DNA of 64,000 bases, taken from Podarcis vaucheri (lineage: Eukaryota). Below the pieces are notes generated by a model. It was not told the origin of the DNA. It saw nothing but the letters and a program-made list of their open reading frames with translations, and ran no database searches. The translations under genes were made by a program, and so were the position numbers. Where the stretch lies: assembly GCA_965113315.1 (NCBI GenBank), contig OZ220368.1; one strand, written 5' to 3'. How positions within the stretch are numbered: position 1 is the stretch's first letter; every line of letters begins with the position of its first letter. Shown here piece after piece: positions 1 to 13,523 of this stretch.

Positions 1-1279
1 GAATGCACCTTTCCACACTACTCGTTGCCTTACAGCAAGGGTAGAGAAACAGAGATGCTCCTGATACCACTGGGCTCCAACACCCATCTGCTCTAGCCAG
101 CGTAGCCAAAGGTCAGGGTCAATGGGAGTACAACGAGATCTAGAGCCGAGGTCGCCAATCCCCATCATCACGGAGCACTGTGGCCATGCTAGCTGTGGTT
201 GAATGAAGTTGTAGTACAAAAACATCCAGAGGGCACCATCTTGGCTACCCCTGGATCTAGAGGTTTGTGGATTCTTCACCCGGCCTTAAAGCTCCACCGC
301 GTGTCAGAAAAATAGAGATACAGGCTGCAATCCTAAACAGATATTCCTCAGGATAGTCTCACTGAACTCGGAAAAACTTCTCTGTAAACTAGAATAGCTC
401 ATGCAGTTGCAGTGGGTTTGTGAAATGGTATTGGGAATATGATTTCTGTGTTGGCTCCTAATAACAGCCTAAGCTGCACTTCAGTTATCATATGGATGCA
501 TTGTGGTGGCAGGAGCAGTTATATAGTCTCAACTTTCTTTCATCATGTAAGCCAAGGTGTTACATATATGATTCCAGGAGATACATAGGGCCAAGCACTG
601 CTGAGCACAGAAAAACACACTCCCTCTATACTCTGAGGCATCTTTTTAATAATAATCAATCAATCAATCAATGTTTCACTGTTGTTTGAACCAGGAGAGA
701 TCAGCACCATCGGCTGATCCACACTCAGTTACTCAGTCCCTCTTGCCAAAAAATACCTTAAGGAGCTTTGAAATACAGGGGTGGCCCAGAATTAAGAGCA
801 GATGAAATGCCCACAAAGGCAATTCTGGACACTTTTTTGTTGTTTCGGGAGTCAGCAGAAAAAAGGAAAGAAAAGTGCGGCCTAGAAACTCGCGAAGTAT
901 GGGTGGGGAAGAGGGCCTCTGAGCATGTGAGGAGTGCGTTTTAACTACAGCCTACTCATATAGGCAGCAAGGCACCCACCCACCCTCCATTATCTCAATT
1001 TCCAGAAACACTTCCTTGCTAAGATCCCTTAAAAAACAGCACCACCCACCCAAAAAGCTCTGTCTCTGGACTAACCCACCACCCCCTTGATGCTGATTCT
1101 TACCACGCGCGGACTGGCAACTAAGCCCAACATTTCCCCCAAACATGGAGCCATGAACGACGCTCGGGGTGATGGAAGAGCGTCGGAGGTGAACAGCCAA
1201 GCCAAACCAAAGAGCCGGTGCCCCGAGAAAGAGAGAGAGAGCGCTTTGGGGGCTTTTGTCCCCCTGCCGAAGGGGGGCG

Positions 1280-2000
1280 CCAGATTTGGAATAAATCCCC
1301 CGTAGCGGGGGGCTTCCGTTCACGAGGGAGGCGGGGGGGGTACCGCCCCGTCCCCTCTGGGCACGTACCTCGCTGGGGGCGATGTGGAACGCCTCGGCTA
1401 TCTTGGCGTAAAGCTCCCTGACGCTGGCGAAGCCCTCCACGCGCCCCGTGGGGCTGCCGTGCGCCAGCTGCGTGTGGAACACCAGCCGGATGGGGCCCTG
1501 GCGCGCCGAGGAGGAGGCGGCGGCGGCGGCTGCGCCTCCCCCGACGCCAGCCCCGCCGACGGCGCTGCTGCCGCTGGCGTCGTCGTCGTCGCCCCTGCCC
1601 CGCGCCAGGGGGGCTTCGCCCTCCACCAGCGTGGACGTCTCCCTGGACTTGCCTTTCTTCTTGCCCCTCAGCCCCAGAGGCATTTTCCCGCGCGCCTGCA
1701 CGCAGCTACAGAGGGGGGGGGGGGGAGAGATGCAGAACCGCCGCCGCCACCACCACCACCACCTGCTGCTGCTGCTTTTTCCTCGCCCTGTTGCCTGGAC
1801 TCTGCCCTTTCAGGGCTGTGCGCTCATCTCCTCGCGGCTCACCCACCCGGCGGGCAGGTGATGGCACCCGGCAGCCAATGGGCAGCGGAGAGCTACCGCG
1901 CGCGTCCTGCGCGCGCTTTCGCAGCACCGGACCTTCCCCCCCCCCCCGCTGCCCTGGCTTTAGAGCCGCGCCAGAGATGGATGGACGGACGCTGAGCACA
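1280..2000. promoter_or_regulatory. CpG island / GIPC2 promoter and 5' UTR
   Basis: Very GC- and CpG-rich stretch spanning GIPC2 exon 1; CCAAT at about 1875, GC-rich boxes, (CCA)n/(CTG)n triplets in the 5' UTR region. Confidence 0.8.
1369..1683 (-). CDS. GIPC2: GIPC PDZ domain-containing protein 2, first coding exon (gene continues beyond window start)
   Basis: ATG at 1683 gives [15 protein letters not shown]...[40 protein letters not shown], the GIPC N-terminal (GH1) region; phase-0 donor GAG|GTACGT at 1369/1368; synteny with DNAJB4-FUBP1-NEXN supports GIPC2 over GIPC1/3. Confidence 0.93.
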
Positions 2001-2588
2001 CAAGAGTACCTGCCCCTTTAAGGCTGCAGTCCTCACCAAAGCACTGCAACCCTAAACCATCCGAAGTCAAGCAGGGTAAGCTCCGGGAGCAGCTCACTTC
2101 TCTCATTCATTCATTCATTCATTTATACATACTTTTCAGGTTTATACATTTCACTGATTTTACATTTGACATTTCAAAACTTGACTTCCTCCCCCCCCTT
2201 CCTGTGGTTCCTTAAATTTGTTTTTAATATCTTCTGCGTATCCAAATTAACTTACTTTGCTCATTTGTTCGTCTTCTTTAAATATATACTCTTACGAAAC
2301 TGCAGGTTATCACAGTAATCCTGCCAATGTTCTTATCTCTTTGCAATTTATATGTAAATATTCGATAAACCATTTCCAATTTTTTTATAATAATAAAAAA
2401 AGTTTGTTTTCTTGATTTCTTACTCTTCCAGCAAGTTTTGCCATTTCTGCATATTCCATGTTTTTGCATCCATTCTTCCTTTGCTGGGACTTCTGCTCCT
2501 TTCCATTTTGGGGCAAGTAACATTCTTGCCGCTGTAGTTGCATACACAAATAAGTTTCTATACAGTTTACGTAGTTCTGTCCCTATAA

Positions 2589-3135
2589 AAAAAGGTAAAA
2601 GTAAAGGACACCCGACAGTTAAGTCCAGTTGCGAACGACTCTGGTGTTGCAGCACTCATCTCGCTTTACTGGCTGAGGGAGCCAACGTTTGTTCACAGAC
2701 AGTTTTTCTGGGCCATGTGGCCAGCATGACTAATCTGCTATCATTTCCCAGAATTTTTTGATAATCTTGCAATCCCACCACATATGATTTTGCCATTAGA
2801 TTTTATCTTATTTATCTTATGATTTTTTTGCTCTCTTTTCCTCATTTATCTACTTGCACTTCGACGTGCTTTCGTACTGCTAGGTTGGCAGGAGCTCGGG
2901 AGCTCACCCCATCACAGGGATTCCAACTGCCGACCTTCTGATCGGCAAGCCCTAGGCTCAGTGGTTTAGACCAGTGTTCCCCAACCTTGGGCCTCCAGGC
3001 TTTTTGGACTACAATTCCCATCATCCTTGACCACTGGTCTTGCTAGCGAGGGATGATGGGAGTTGTAGTCCAAAAACAGCTGGAGGGCCAAGGTTGGGGA
3101 ACACTGGTTTAGACCACAGCGCCACCTGCGTCCCT
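2589..3135 (-). mobile_element. Sauria SINE (Squam1-type), interrupted
   Basis: On the minus strand, tRNA-like head GGGACGCAGGTGGCGCTGTGGTCTAAACCACTGAGCC and TTTACC-type tail; flanked by a 17-bp direct repeat with 2 mismatches (2572-2588 / 3137-3153). Confidence 0.8.
2972..3106. mobile_element. hAT-type MITE inserted in the Sauria SINE
   Basis: TIRs CAGTGTTCCCCAACCTTGG...CCAAGGTTGGGGAACACTG; perfect 8-bp TSD GTTTAGAC (2964-2971 / 3107-3114). Confidence 0.9.
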
Positions 3136-3384
3136 TTAATTCTGTTCCTATAATTCCCCCCCCCCCAAGGCTTCTGGTTTTTTTACAAACATTATTTTAA
3201 ACATCCTTTTAATTTCATTATATATCATTTCCCAGTAAGCCCTAACTTTACTACAACACCACCACATATGATAAAAAGAACCTTCTTTATCTTTACATTT
3301 CCAGCATTTAATTTAGATTTATACATTTTTGCTCACTTCTCTGCAGTTTGTGCTTTGGATGGCAGTGCCCACCCAGGTAACCTG

Positions 3385-3625
3385 AATCGTAGAGTTGGAA
3401 GGGACCATGAGCAGGGTTGCCAACTTGAATAAAATATTCGGGGGGTGCCCAGGTAAGCCCCGCCCCACATAATTGATCACATGACACGGCACTTGCACAT
3501 CATTTGAATGGCAATGCCTGTCAACTTTGAGGGAGGTCCCCTAGGACTTGGCTCCTATGACCATGATGAGCATCTAGTCCGACCCCTTGCAATGCAGGAA
3601 TTTTTCTCCCAGCGTGGGCAAACGT
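3385..3625 (-). mobile_element. CR1-tail SINE remnant interrupted by a hAT-like non-autonomous element (3412-3559)
   Basis: CR1-type 3' tail (GGTCCCTTCCAACTCTACGATTC on - strand); insert runs CAGGGTTGCCAAC...TTGGCTCCTATG with near-identical 8-bp flanks ACCATGAG / ACCATGAT. Confidence 0.6.
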
Positions 3626-3797
3626 TTACTGCTTGGCAGCATAGGCAGCAGACAAGATGTCCTTCATAAATAAATTTCAGCAATGAAATGAAACAGAACA
3701 ACACGAGTCCTTGGTAGTTTAAAGACAAGAAGGATTGGTGCTGCATATTGCTTTGTGGACTAGAGGCCACTTCAGGGGTGCCATCAGCACAGATTGT

Positions 3798-3822
3798 TAG
3801 TAGTAGTAGTAGTAGTAGTAGT
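3798..3822. repeat. (TAG)n microsatellite
   Basis: About 8 tandem TAG units. Confidence 0.9.
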
Positions 3823-5718
3823 ATTTATTGAATTTATATACCACCATATACCCGGAGGTCTCAGGGCAATTCACAGAAAAGATCAACATAAAAACCACAA
3901 TATATATAATCAAAATAAAAACAACAGCCCAATAACACATCCCCGCCCCCACCCAAAAGAGCCACATTTTAAAAGGGCATAGGATGTCAATCTGCAGTTG
4001 AAGGTCAAAACCCCACTGGTTGGCTTTCCACAATAAGAAATAAATGAACACTTAAATTGCAATTAAATTGTGTGTGTCACAAGGAATCATAAGGTGATTT
4101 AAGTCCAGAGTCTAAAATTGCCACTGCACAACCATTCCACGTGGAACTTCCAAGTAAAACACACATAGGGTTGAGCATGAAGCTTACATCCAATCTACGG
4201 ATACCAGTAGGGTTTATTTCAAACAAATTCTGCATACAAGCGGACCACAGTAGTGGCCAATTAGGTTGTACTAATATATTCCCGCATTCAGCCCAAAACT
4301 CTGCATCTAGATATTCTTGACTCCCATCGCTTAGACTCCTTGCCTCTGGCACCCGTTTCACAATTAACCACACAGACCGCTTATTGTCTTACAGTTCTGT
4401 TACAGGTTTGTTATTTTTCCCTTCCCTTCAGACCTACTTTCCCTTGCACCCATCCTTCATACACAAACATCCTGAAGGATTGTATGCAATATAATGGAAT
4501 AATGGACTAGAAAGTTGGCAAACAGTACTGTAGTGAAATTATATGAACACATCACAGCAACTCACCTAATGGCTGAGGTAAACAGAGAAACAGGTAAATC
4601 AATCCGGGCAATAGCCAGGTTGTAACTTGATTTCATATAATATACAATATGTATAATATACACTAACTGTAATATCTCTCTTAATGGAAAACTATTTAAA
4701 GGAAATGTATTAGGTCATTTTAAAAAAGAAGGGAAGTGCTCAAAAAAAGCATCCACCTACATTTTGAAATGGAAGAACTTTAGACTTGTGGTCTGCTCTC
4801 TCCTAGGTTTTCATTTAGAAGCAATAAAATGAAACACACTTTTAAACCACATCATGGTAACTAATAAATATTGATCAAGATGATCACAATAGAAAATGCT
4901 ATTAAGGATATAAGATTATGGAGACAAGGATTCTTGCCAAACTTCATTTATATAAATTATTTACACTGACTGTTCAGGACATTGCTATAAATGATACTAG
5001 AGGTCAACAGGACTCCTTTACAAATTTCAGTATTTTGCATTCTCCCACTTTAATGTTTACATAAACTCTGCAAACAATTAATCAGGCCCAGATTTACAGT
5101 TCATTGTGTGTTATAAGAGACAGTGATTTATCTGCGTGAAACAATCACTGTGCATAGTGTTATACAGTGTGCAAGAGCCCCACTCCCTGCCCCACTGAGC
5201 TTACATTCTAATGTTTGATGGAGGGAAAACAAAAAAAGGGGTGGGAAGGAAGGAATATGCAGTTGTTTCAGTTAGCTGGTAGTAAGCTTAATTACAGGCT
5301 AATTGAGTAAGGAACCCAGCTTTGTCACCACGTAATGGACAGGAAAAACTCTTTGTGGTAGCAAAAAGAAACAAATATTATTCCCTTGACAGACAGCTGA
5401 TGGGTACTGAAGGTTCCTCAGACTTTCACAGACAGCATCCCCTGCTTGAGCCCTGCCCAAGCTACTGCACTGCTGGCAGCTTTAAAGACCTAAGTAAACA
5501 TTAAAGACCTAGCTAAATAAAGAGTGTTGCCGACCCATGCATTTCCCTAGCTTAACATCCAATAAAACAAATGCATGAGACACTGTCATGACGTTACACA
5601 TTTCCCTACAAACACAGCCCCCTAATCCAACACACTGGCTGCTATGTGCAGGTGATGGGGAATAATTAGACACAATGGTATCTTGTTTCCTGGCTATCTA
5701 TGCCTGGAAAGTCTACAG

Positions 5719-5910
5719 CAGAGCTTTCCCAAATGTGTGTCGTCACATGTTAGCGTGTCTGCTACAATGTCATGCGAAAGCTCCTCACGCTCCTCCTGGG
5801 ACTGGAAAAGAGTTAGTTGAACCTCCAGTTTTTTAGTAAAACTGAATTACTGTATCACAAAATAATGCATGTTTAAAAAGTGTGTCACCAACATGAAAAG
5901 TTTGGAAAGC
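5719..5910. mobile_element. Degenerate hAT-like MITE
   Basis: Ends CAGAGCTTTCCCAAA...TTTGGAAAGC; TSD not recoverable. Confidence 0.4.
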
Positions 5911-7319
5911 ATCCAGCGGCTGTTGGTCTATGTGATGAGTAAACATCCAAGCCTTGATTCAGATTGGGGACAATAGTTATGAGCAACATTGCAGAAAGCT
6001 TGTAGAAATATATGCATATTTCTCTCTGAGATTTCTACTGTCAGCACCTCACATGTGAGCCCTCCAACTCCTTCGTACGCAGCTGTGGGGGCTGCAATAG
6101 TGGTGACAGCTATGTCATTATGACTGGGAGGAAAAGAGATATTTCTCTGCCTTCACTTTTTCTCAGCTCAGCCAATCCCTGCACCTGGAATGCCAAGACC
6201 TACGTAGTTCCGAGAAACTCTTGGATCAGGTTTTCTAGATCCATACCAGTCAGAATGTAAAATATTCTTCAATTAGTTACCCTAATGAACTGTCTGTGCC
6301 TCTTCCTGTAAGAGAATGCGAACCTGCTTGCTCTTCTTAATTAACTTACAAACTCAGAAGCATCTGACACACTTTTACCAGCTAAGACAATTGGGAGTGT
6401 AGGAAGTCTTGAGATACAACTCAGCTTGCACTGGAGGCTAATGTGTCTGCGTGGGAAAGAGGACATAGAAATAGGAACCTCCAAGTTTCCTAGACGGTCC
6501 TTTCTGACCTAACCTGTGTTGTCCTTCCCTTGGGTGCTAAAATGATACTCTTAAGCAGTGCTTCTTTTCTAGAAAAATTAACTCCCCATGAAGTTGTTAA
6601 AGTAAGTGTCACACTTTTTAACCAAATGTAACAAATTTCCTACTTCCTTCTTTATCCTTACCTTCAGCAAGGAAATATTTTCTGCATCTCTCTTGCTGAG
6701 TTGCAAAAGCAAGCATGGCTCAAGGCATATCTACCAAAGTCAGATAGAACTGGGATCTTTCCTATCATGCATTTCTTATAATAAACATAGCTTTTTTATT
6801 TTGCTAAACTTATAGCCTCATTGTGATTATATCCAGGGCAAAAGTGTGCTCCTCCAGCAGGGATTCAGTAAGTTCAATTTCTGCTGAGCGTTTGAATTCC
6901 GAAAACCAACAGTGGATAAACTGATTTGTAGTGACTCTGTTCCTTCCTTCCTGTTTGATTCCAGATGGTTCTATCTTAGCCTCTCTGCTTTTTAACATTA
7001 TATTTAACATTATTGTACATTTACCAAAGAGATGTATTACATAAGTGTAGACAGCAGCATATATTGACATCTATTTATATCAAATAAAAAACAGCAAGAT
7101 TCCCTGAATCCAGATAAGACAGAGAGCAGCAATGCAGGGAGACTGAATTTCCCTGTTCTTCCAGAAGTTGAATTCCCACTCAAAAAGCGACTTCTTATTC
7201 ACAGAGTGACTCTCAACTCTGATTTGGTGCTTCTCGGTTGACAGCTGTGGCAAGGAATACACCTTTTGCCATTTTAAGCTGGCAAGCAAATTATATCCCA
7301 TTCTCTCATATCAGAATTT

Positions 7320-7550
7320 TAGCCATTCTTTAGTAACATCTCATTTTGGATACTGTAATGTGATCTGCATTGGGCTGCCCTTGAAGATTGTTTGGAAGCT
7401 ACTGCTGCAGCCTATTCTGACAGGAGCAGACCACACAAAGCATGTAAGTCTGATCTTGGCTCAGCTGCCTATTGGTATTCTTTTTGACATTTACAGCCCT
7501 AAACGGCCAGCATTCCACATATCTAAAGGATCATCTTACCTAGGATTAAA
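7320..7550 (+). mobile_element. Old L2 LINE fragment
   Basis: GGATACTGTAATGTGATCTGCATTGGGCTGCCCTTGAAG encodes the DYCN..GLPLK motif of L2 ORF2. Confidence 0.55.
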
Positions 7551-7799
7551 CCTTTAACGCATACTAGTCTTCATGTGTTCTAGAGATTGTACTATTACTT
7601 ATATCTACTTTTCTCTTGGATTCTGAACTATTTTATTGTTAAACTTTAACATATAAAAAGGGGAGGGGGTTACTACTAAATGTTGAAAAGCGTATTTACT
7701 CTTCAAGTGTACATAAGATTGCAGTCCTAATATTGCAGCTATAGTTTGTTACTAAACAAACTCTTAAATAGCCATTGGTTTTTGACAACTCACATCCAG

Positions 7800-9200
7800 T
7801 TGCATGCTGTCCATCCTCTTCTTAGAAAAGATGATTCAGGGAGTTGTTGTGCACCAATTGTAAGTACTTTTGGATGTAACAGATTGTCTTGACCCATTTC
7901 AGTCTGGGTGCAGGACTGGTTATGGGACTCAATCAGCTTTGGCTTCCCTGATGGATCATCTTTATCAGGAAGAGAACAGGGGAGTACAAGCCTATAACCT
8001 ATCTTTCAACGTTAGCTTAAGTTACCATGGTCGATGTATCAAAAGCCTATTCTTACTTGATTTTTCAGCGGCTTTTGACACTACTGACCTTGGTATCTTT
8101 CTGAGCTGACTCTGTGAGATGGCTATTAGAGGCACTGTTTTACAGTGGTTCGGATCCCATTTTCAAAGCTGGTTTCAGATAATAGCATTAGGTTATTCTT
8201 CCAGGCCCCTGGCAGTTGTACTACAGGCAGTGCTATTTTTCTATAAAAAGAGGTGCCGGAGCTTACCTTGTTCTCTTAGAATGGCAGTGACACCCACCTG
8301 AGAGCCCTGGACCAGTGCCTGGACTCTACTGAGGTGGCTGAAGACCAACCAACTGACCCTGAATCCTGGCAAAATGGAGGTCCTGTGAGTAAACGGTTTC
8401 TGGGTCTAGATAATTGGGTGATTGCCTGTTTTTGATGGGGTTGTACTTCCCCTGAAGGAGGTTCATAGTCTGGGGGTGTTTCTGGATCCATCTTGAATGC
8501 TTAGAGACCTAGGTGGCCTTGTGGCTAGGGGTACCTTTCACCAGCTTTGGCTAGTAAGACAGCTCCTGCTGTTCCTGGACTGCAGTAGCCTGACCACCAT
8601 GGTCTGTGTGCTGGTAATCTCCTGGCATGATTACTGCAATGTGCTTGATGTGGGGCTGCCCTTGAGGTTAGCCCAGAAGGTTCACAGCTGTTGCAAAAGG
8701 TGGCAGATTGGCTGCATGTTGGGGCAAGGTACTGCTAAAATGTTACTCCACTGTTGAAAGAATTGTAGCAGCTTGCCAATTAAGCTCTGGTCTAAGTACA
8801 AGGTGCTGGGTTTTGCTGTATAAAGCCCTACACAGCTCGGGACTAAGGTACCTGAAAGGCCATCTCACCCCTTGTACACACAGTCAGTCACTGTGCTTAG
8901 CAGGTGAGGGCCTCCTGCAGATACCATCAAACAGGAGCTCTGTTCCACACAATAGGAATTGGGCCTTTATCATTGTGGCATCTACCCTTCTGAATTCCAT
9001 CCCTTTAAGTATTAACCAGATGTCATCCTTGTTGGGTTTTGGCACATAAGAAACACATTCCTTTTTCAAAAAGTCATTTAAGTTGATTTCCTTCCCAGTC
9101 TGCATCTATATTGGAATTGTTTTTAAGATTATTTACCCCTTGTTGTCTCCTACCTTGGGAAGCAAGAGCAGGATATAAATTCAATAAAGTCATAGATAAA
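7800..9200 (+). mobile_element. Degenerate L2-clade LINE (RT region to 3' end)
   Basis: Fragmented ORFs with DPFQSG..GYGTQSAL, LLDFSAAFDT, GTVLQWF, DYCN..GLPL; many stops and frameshifts; AATAAA-rich end near 9183. Confidence 0.8.
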
Positions 9201-11409
9201 TAATAATTACATGCATTTGCTCTCACGCACCCAACTCAGTTGAAATTACAAAAATAGAAAACACAAGTTAGAAACAATATATTTAATTAAAAAACATATA
9301 AATGCAATACAGATCATAAATGATATGTAAATGCATAAGGATGAAGCAGCCATTTTCTACTTTCTCACTTTTAGTGTCATGAGTGCTAGTGTCACGAGTG
9401 CAAGTTCTGGATCCTCCTACTTTCAGAATGCACATATTTCTTCATATCCCATGTATAAAATCTTATTAAATGTTGCCAATTCATTCAAATGGGTAGTTTC
9501 TAGAATGGTTTCCCCCCCCCCCATTATAACTATTCTGCATTATAGATGGCTACTGCTTAGAGAATGGGTGTCATAATTAATTTTCTACATAAAAGCATAC
9601 AAAATTGTTAATTACCCTGTTGGTTAACAGTGCGGCTACCTAGCACATGTGTACATACATAAAATCATTTATTTTCTTTAAAGAATATGACTTTCAGATG
9701 TTAACATATTGCAGCAAGTTTAGAGACAAATGCTAAAAGGATGTTTACTTGTTAATTTTTGCCATCCAAGGGTACCAGCCCTATAGATTCTTTTTCTTTT
9801 CTTTTAGAAAACTATAATTGAGGGCATTTTCTTCCCTTCGTTTAGATAATTCAGAACGAGCTTACAACTTCTTAAGTGGGACCGAGTACTACTAATTTAC
9901 TGACCACAGAAGTTTCAAGGGGCTTAAACTGTGAAAGACTGTGAAGTTAGTGTGCTTGAAATAGGCCCATTCCCTTGACATTTGTTCAGATAACCCTTCT
10001 ATATAGACTCGCTATCTCAGCAGGCAGGTTCCACAATTTGGACATATGTTTTAATGGACATTAAAGCAACTGCTGTCACATTTTTTCCATATGGAAATCT
10101 GGTAAATCAGCTGTGAGCTTGTTGACTGGAATGGTTGCTTGAGCTGGGTTTGGTGGGAAAGCATGTAGCCTAAAGTGCCAGAATGTTGGGGGGTCTTGAG
10201 GCCTTTTTACAGGTTAACAAGATTTACCTAGGTTGCTGCGCCTTTTAGAAGAAAGCAGGCCCTTACTTGTGGCAGGGAACATCCCACCTTCGGATCATAT
10301 TTGGATTACCTTGCTCTGTGTTGTATGCTTTTGTCCCTGCGAAGCCAATGATTTTATTGATATGTACAGAACTGGCTGGTTTAGCACAGTTTGTTTGATC
10401 TGACATAATTGCCCAAATATACTTGTTCTCACTAATGTTTCCTTTTATCAAATAAATATACCTTCTTTCGGAATTGTGTGTGTGCGTGCGCGAGCCTTAT
10501 TTAGGTAATGCCTTGGTACTAAATCCAATACTTGACTGCTTAGTTCCCTACCAGGTACTGTGTTTTTAGAATAAGGTCAGACAGCAGAGGGTATTGCTTT
10601 GACCCTTGTTCCCTTGGAATCTTAGGAACGTCAGGTGAAGACTGGGAGTCTCTTGGCCTGGGCTGGATAGGAGTGGAGGCTGCGTAAATGTAGGGTAGGG
10701 GTTAGACCCTGAATATTTGGCAACTACTGAGTCACCCACTGTGTGTTCTGGTTTGGAGCATGTTCATGACATGGTACATATATGTATGACTGTGGAATGG
10801 CACATATAATTTTCTGTTAGGCAAGCATCTGTAGAATACTGAGGAAAGGAATCCAAAAACAATGCAGAAAAAAAACCTTACCCTTCAGGCTCATGAACAT
10901 TTCAAGTGAGATTTCCTGCCTTCTGCTGTGTGCAATGTAAACATAGCGAATTGGCATATACACAACACAAATATTGCAAACGTTACATAGAGTCATACTA
11001 CGAATTCCAATTTCTGATCCTGCAATATAATAATCTCACATAGATGATAAAGAAATATCTGAAATAAAGTGCTTTAAAACGCAAGCACTTCATGATTCTG
11101 TGCATATGAGATATGCACAGAAGTGCCCCCCTCACGCACACAAAAATACATCTTACTTATAAGCAAATACTGGATAAAACTTTTTGAAAAGGAAAATCCA
11201 ATACACAGCAAATGGTTTTAGCTTCATACTTGATTGCAAGTGTTTTGTACTTTTGCCTCCTATTCTCATGCAGCACTGCATAACTCTCTCCCCAATCCAC
11301 ACACAAAAAAAGTTAAGTTCCACAGTTATAGATTGCACTTTTACAGCATAAACCTCAACTCTTCAATTTTCAGTGTCCTTTTGGAACAAGTTCAAAAAAG
11401 TACGTTGTT

Positions 11410-11643
<234 letters not shown>

Positions 11644-13402
11644 CTAAAAAATAAGTTTAAAAAGCCAAATCAGAAGCAGCAGGACATTTTTTTTTTGTAA
11701 AGCACTTAAAGAAAAATAAGTATCTATGAAATATAACTTAGAAATACAGTTACAGTATTATACATCCTATACGGTTGCTCTATGTTGGGTGTATTGGTAA
11801 TGCTAGAAACACTGTAAGTAAACGTATTTTCAAGTAAAGCCTAGGGTGTAATTTTCAGAAGCAGAGATTGAATCTTATACAAATAATTCCTGTGTAGCCC
11901 AAATTCTTACAGCACAATCCTAGGTATGCATTTCATAACTATAAATGGTTTTGTAAATGGAAAACAATAAGCAAACACAGCTGAACAGTTCCCACTACGT
12001 AGAGCAGAAGTGGCTAACCTGCGACCACTCCCATATGACCAATGACATTGCTGGCTCAGGTTTATGGGAGTTGGCATCCAACAACATCTGGAGGGTTACA
12101 GGCTCTCCATCCCTGCTTTACATGGAGCTTCTTGTGCATATAAGCACTACCAGTAGTGGTTGGCAGGGCAGCGGCCGGTGGAGCTGCTTTGCTGACCTAG
12201 TTTCCCAATGTCATGCATTGCTGCCCAATACCAAGAGGGAGAGGGGCAAGGCAATGGGGACCTCTGAGTAGTGCAAAGGCATTAGATTGGCTGCACCCAT
12301 ACCAACTCCCTGCTGCTTTGCCACTCCTCCTCTTGCTAACCAGCAGTGACTTCATGGTGTTGGCAAGTCAGGTTAGCAATGCAGCCCCACTGGTCACTAC
12401 TGCACACCATCCATCTTCTCCTTGAGGTAGGAACCATCTAAGCCAGATGTAGGTAACATAGTACCCTTCAGATAATGCTGTCTACAACTTGCTTCATTTG
12501 TTATCAGTGGCTACGGTGGATGGGGTGGGTGGGAGTTTTAGTTCCAAATACAGAGGGCATCATGTTGCCTATCCCTGATCTATTCATGCAAAGCATAAGT
12601 GCACTGCACTCGTTTTGCAACCCATGGACAAAAATGAAGGAGTCCTACATGCACGGAATTCAGTGTTTATGTAAGAATCCCAGTAAACCACTGTCAGCCA
12701 ACCTATTAGGAATGCCAGACTCTCTAACTAATTGTACTTGAAACAAAACAAAAAAAGCCTGGCCTAAGCTGTATTCAAAATAAAATTAGCAAAATATTAG
12801 TTGCTTAGATTCACTATAGAGAGGTATTTACACAGTAACTGTAATATTATAAGGCATAGCTCATAGTGCTATTTAGTTTAGTTTAGTTTGTTCTATTTCA
12901 TTTTGCTTGTTTAGTTCTAACTGCAACATAATGTACATATACATCAATTTAACACCCATTTATATAAAAGCATTGGTTTAAAATTAAACCTGTGCCATCT
13001 CAGCTAAGTTTACTGTTGCTTACATTGGCCAAGTGTTGGTTTGCATAACTGCACCATTTTGTATCCATCTACTCAATTGCTACAAAATTAGAAGCAAAGC
13101 AGATCTTGTTGTCCACACAGCACTGATTTCTCTGTTTTGAAAATCTGCAACTTTATTAGAGTGTAGGTGGGTGCTTCCCCCACCCCCCAGAGGCATTCTG
13201 GTGGGAGTTTTGCTCATGAGTCTGTTTTGGGTTTCTGCATTTGTGTTCCAATAACCTTTTAGACCAACACATTTTCTATCATGCTGCAGATCGATGCCAC
13301 ATCCTCATACTGCAAAGAGCCACTGAATAGAATCAGAAAACATCCCAGCCAGTTAAAAGGTAGGCTCAACTGAGTACATGACTAACTTCTGTTGCAGGCA
13401 GA

Positions 13403-13523
13403 GAGTTGTGCCCAATACTAGTCCTACTCAGAGTAGATCCACTGAAGTAAATGAACCTGAGTTAGCCAGATCCATTAACTTCAGTGGGTCTACTCCAAGT
13501 TGGACTAGCATTGGATTCAACCC
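13403..13523. mobile_element. Old palindromic MITE-like element
   Basis: Imperfect inverted repeat CCAATACTAGTCC..GAGTAGATCCACTGAAGT / ACTTCAGTGGGTCTACTC..GGACTAGCATTGG. Confidence 0.55.

Larger units (their letters stand above)
2120..3345 (-). mobile_element. L1/Tx1-like LINE 3' fragment, interrupted by nested insertions
   Basis: Minus-strand peptides CWKCKDKEGSFYHMW..KVRAYWEMIYNEIK (3345-3140) and IGTELRKLYRNLFVYATTAARMLLAPKWK (2588-2440) resemble the L1 ORF2 C-terminal Cys/His region; frameshifted. Confidence 0.7.

Noticed and set aside
1384-1995. 203-aa ORF antisense to GIPC2 with poly-Pro/Gly
   Set aside because: Stop-codon depletion in a GC-rich island with triplet repeats; a shadow of the real exon
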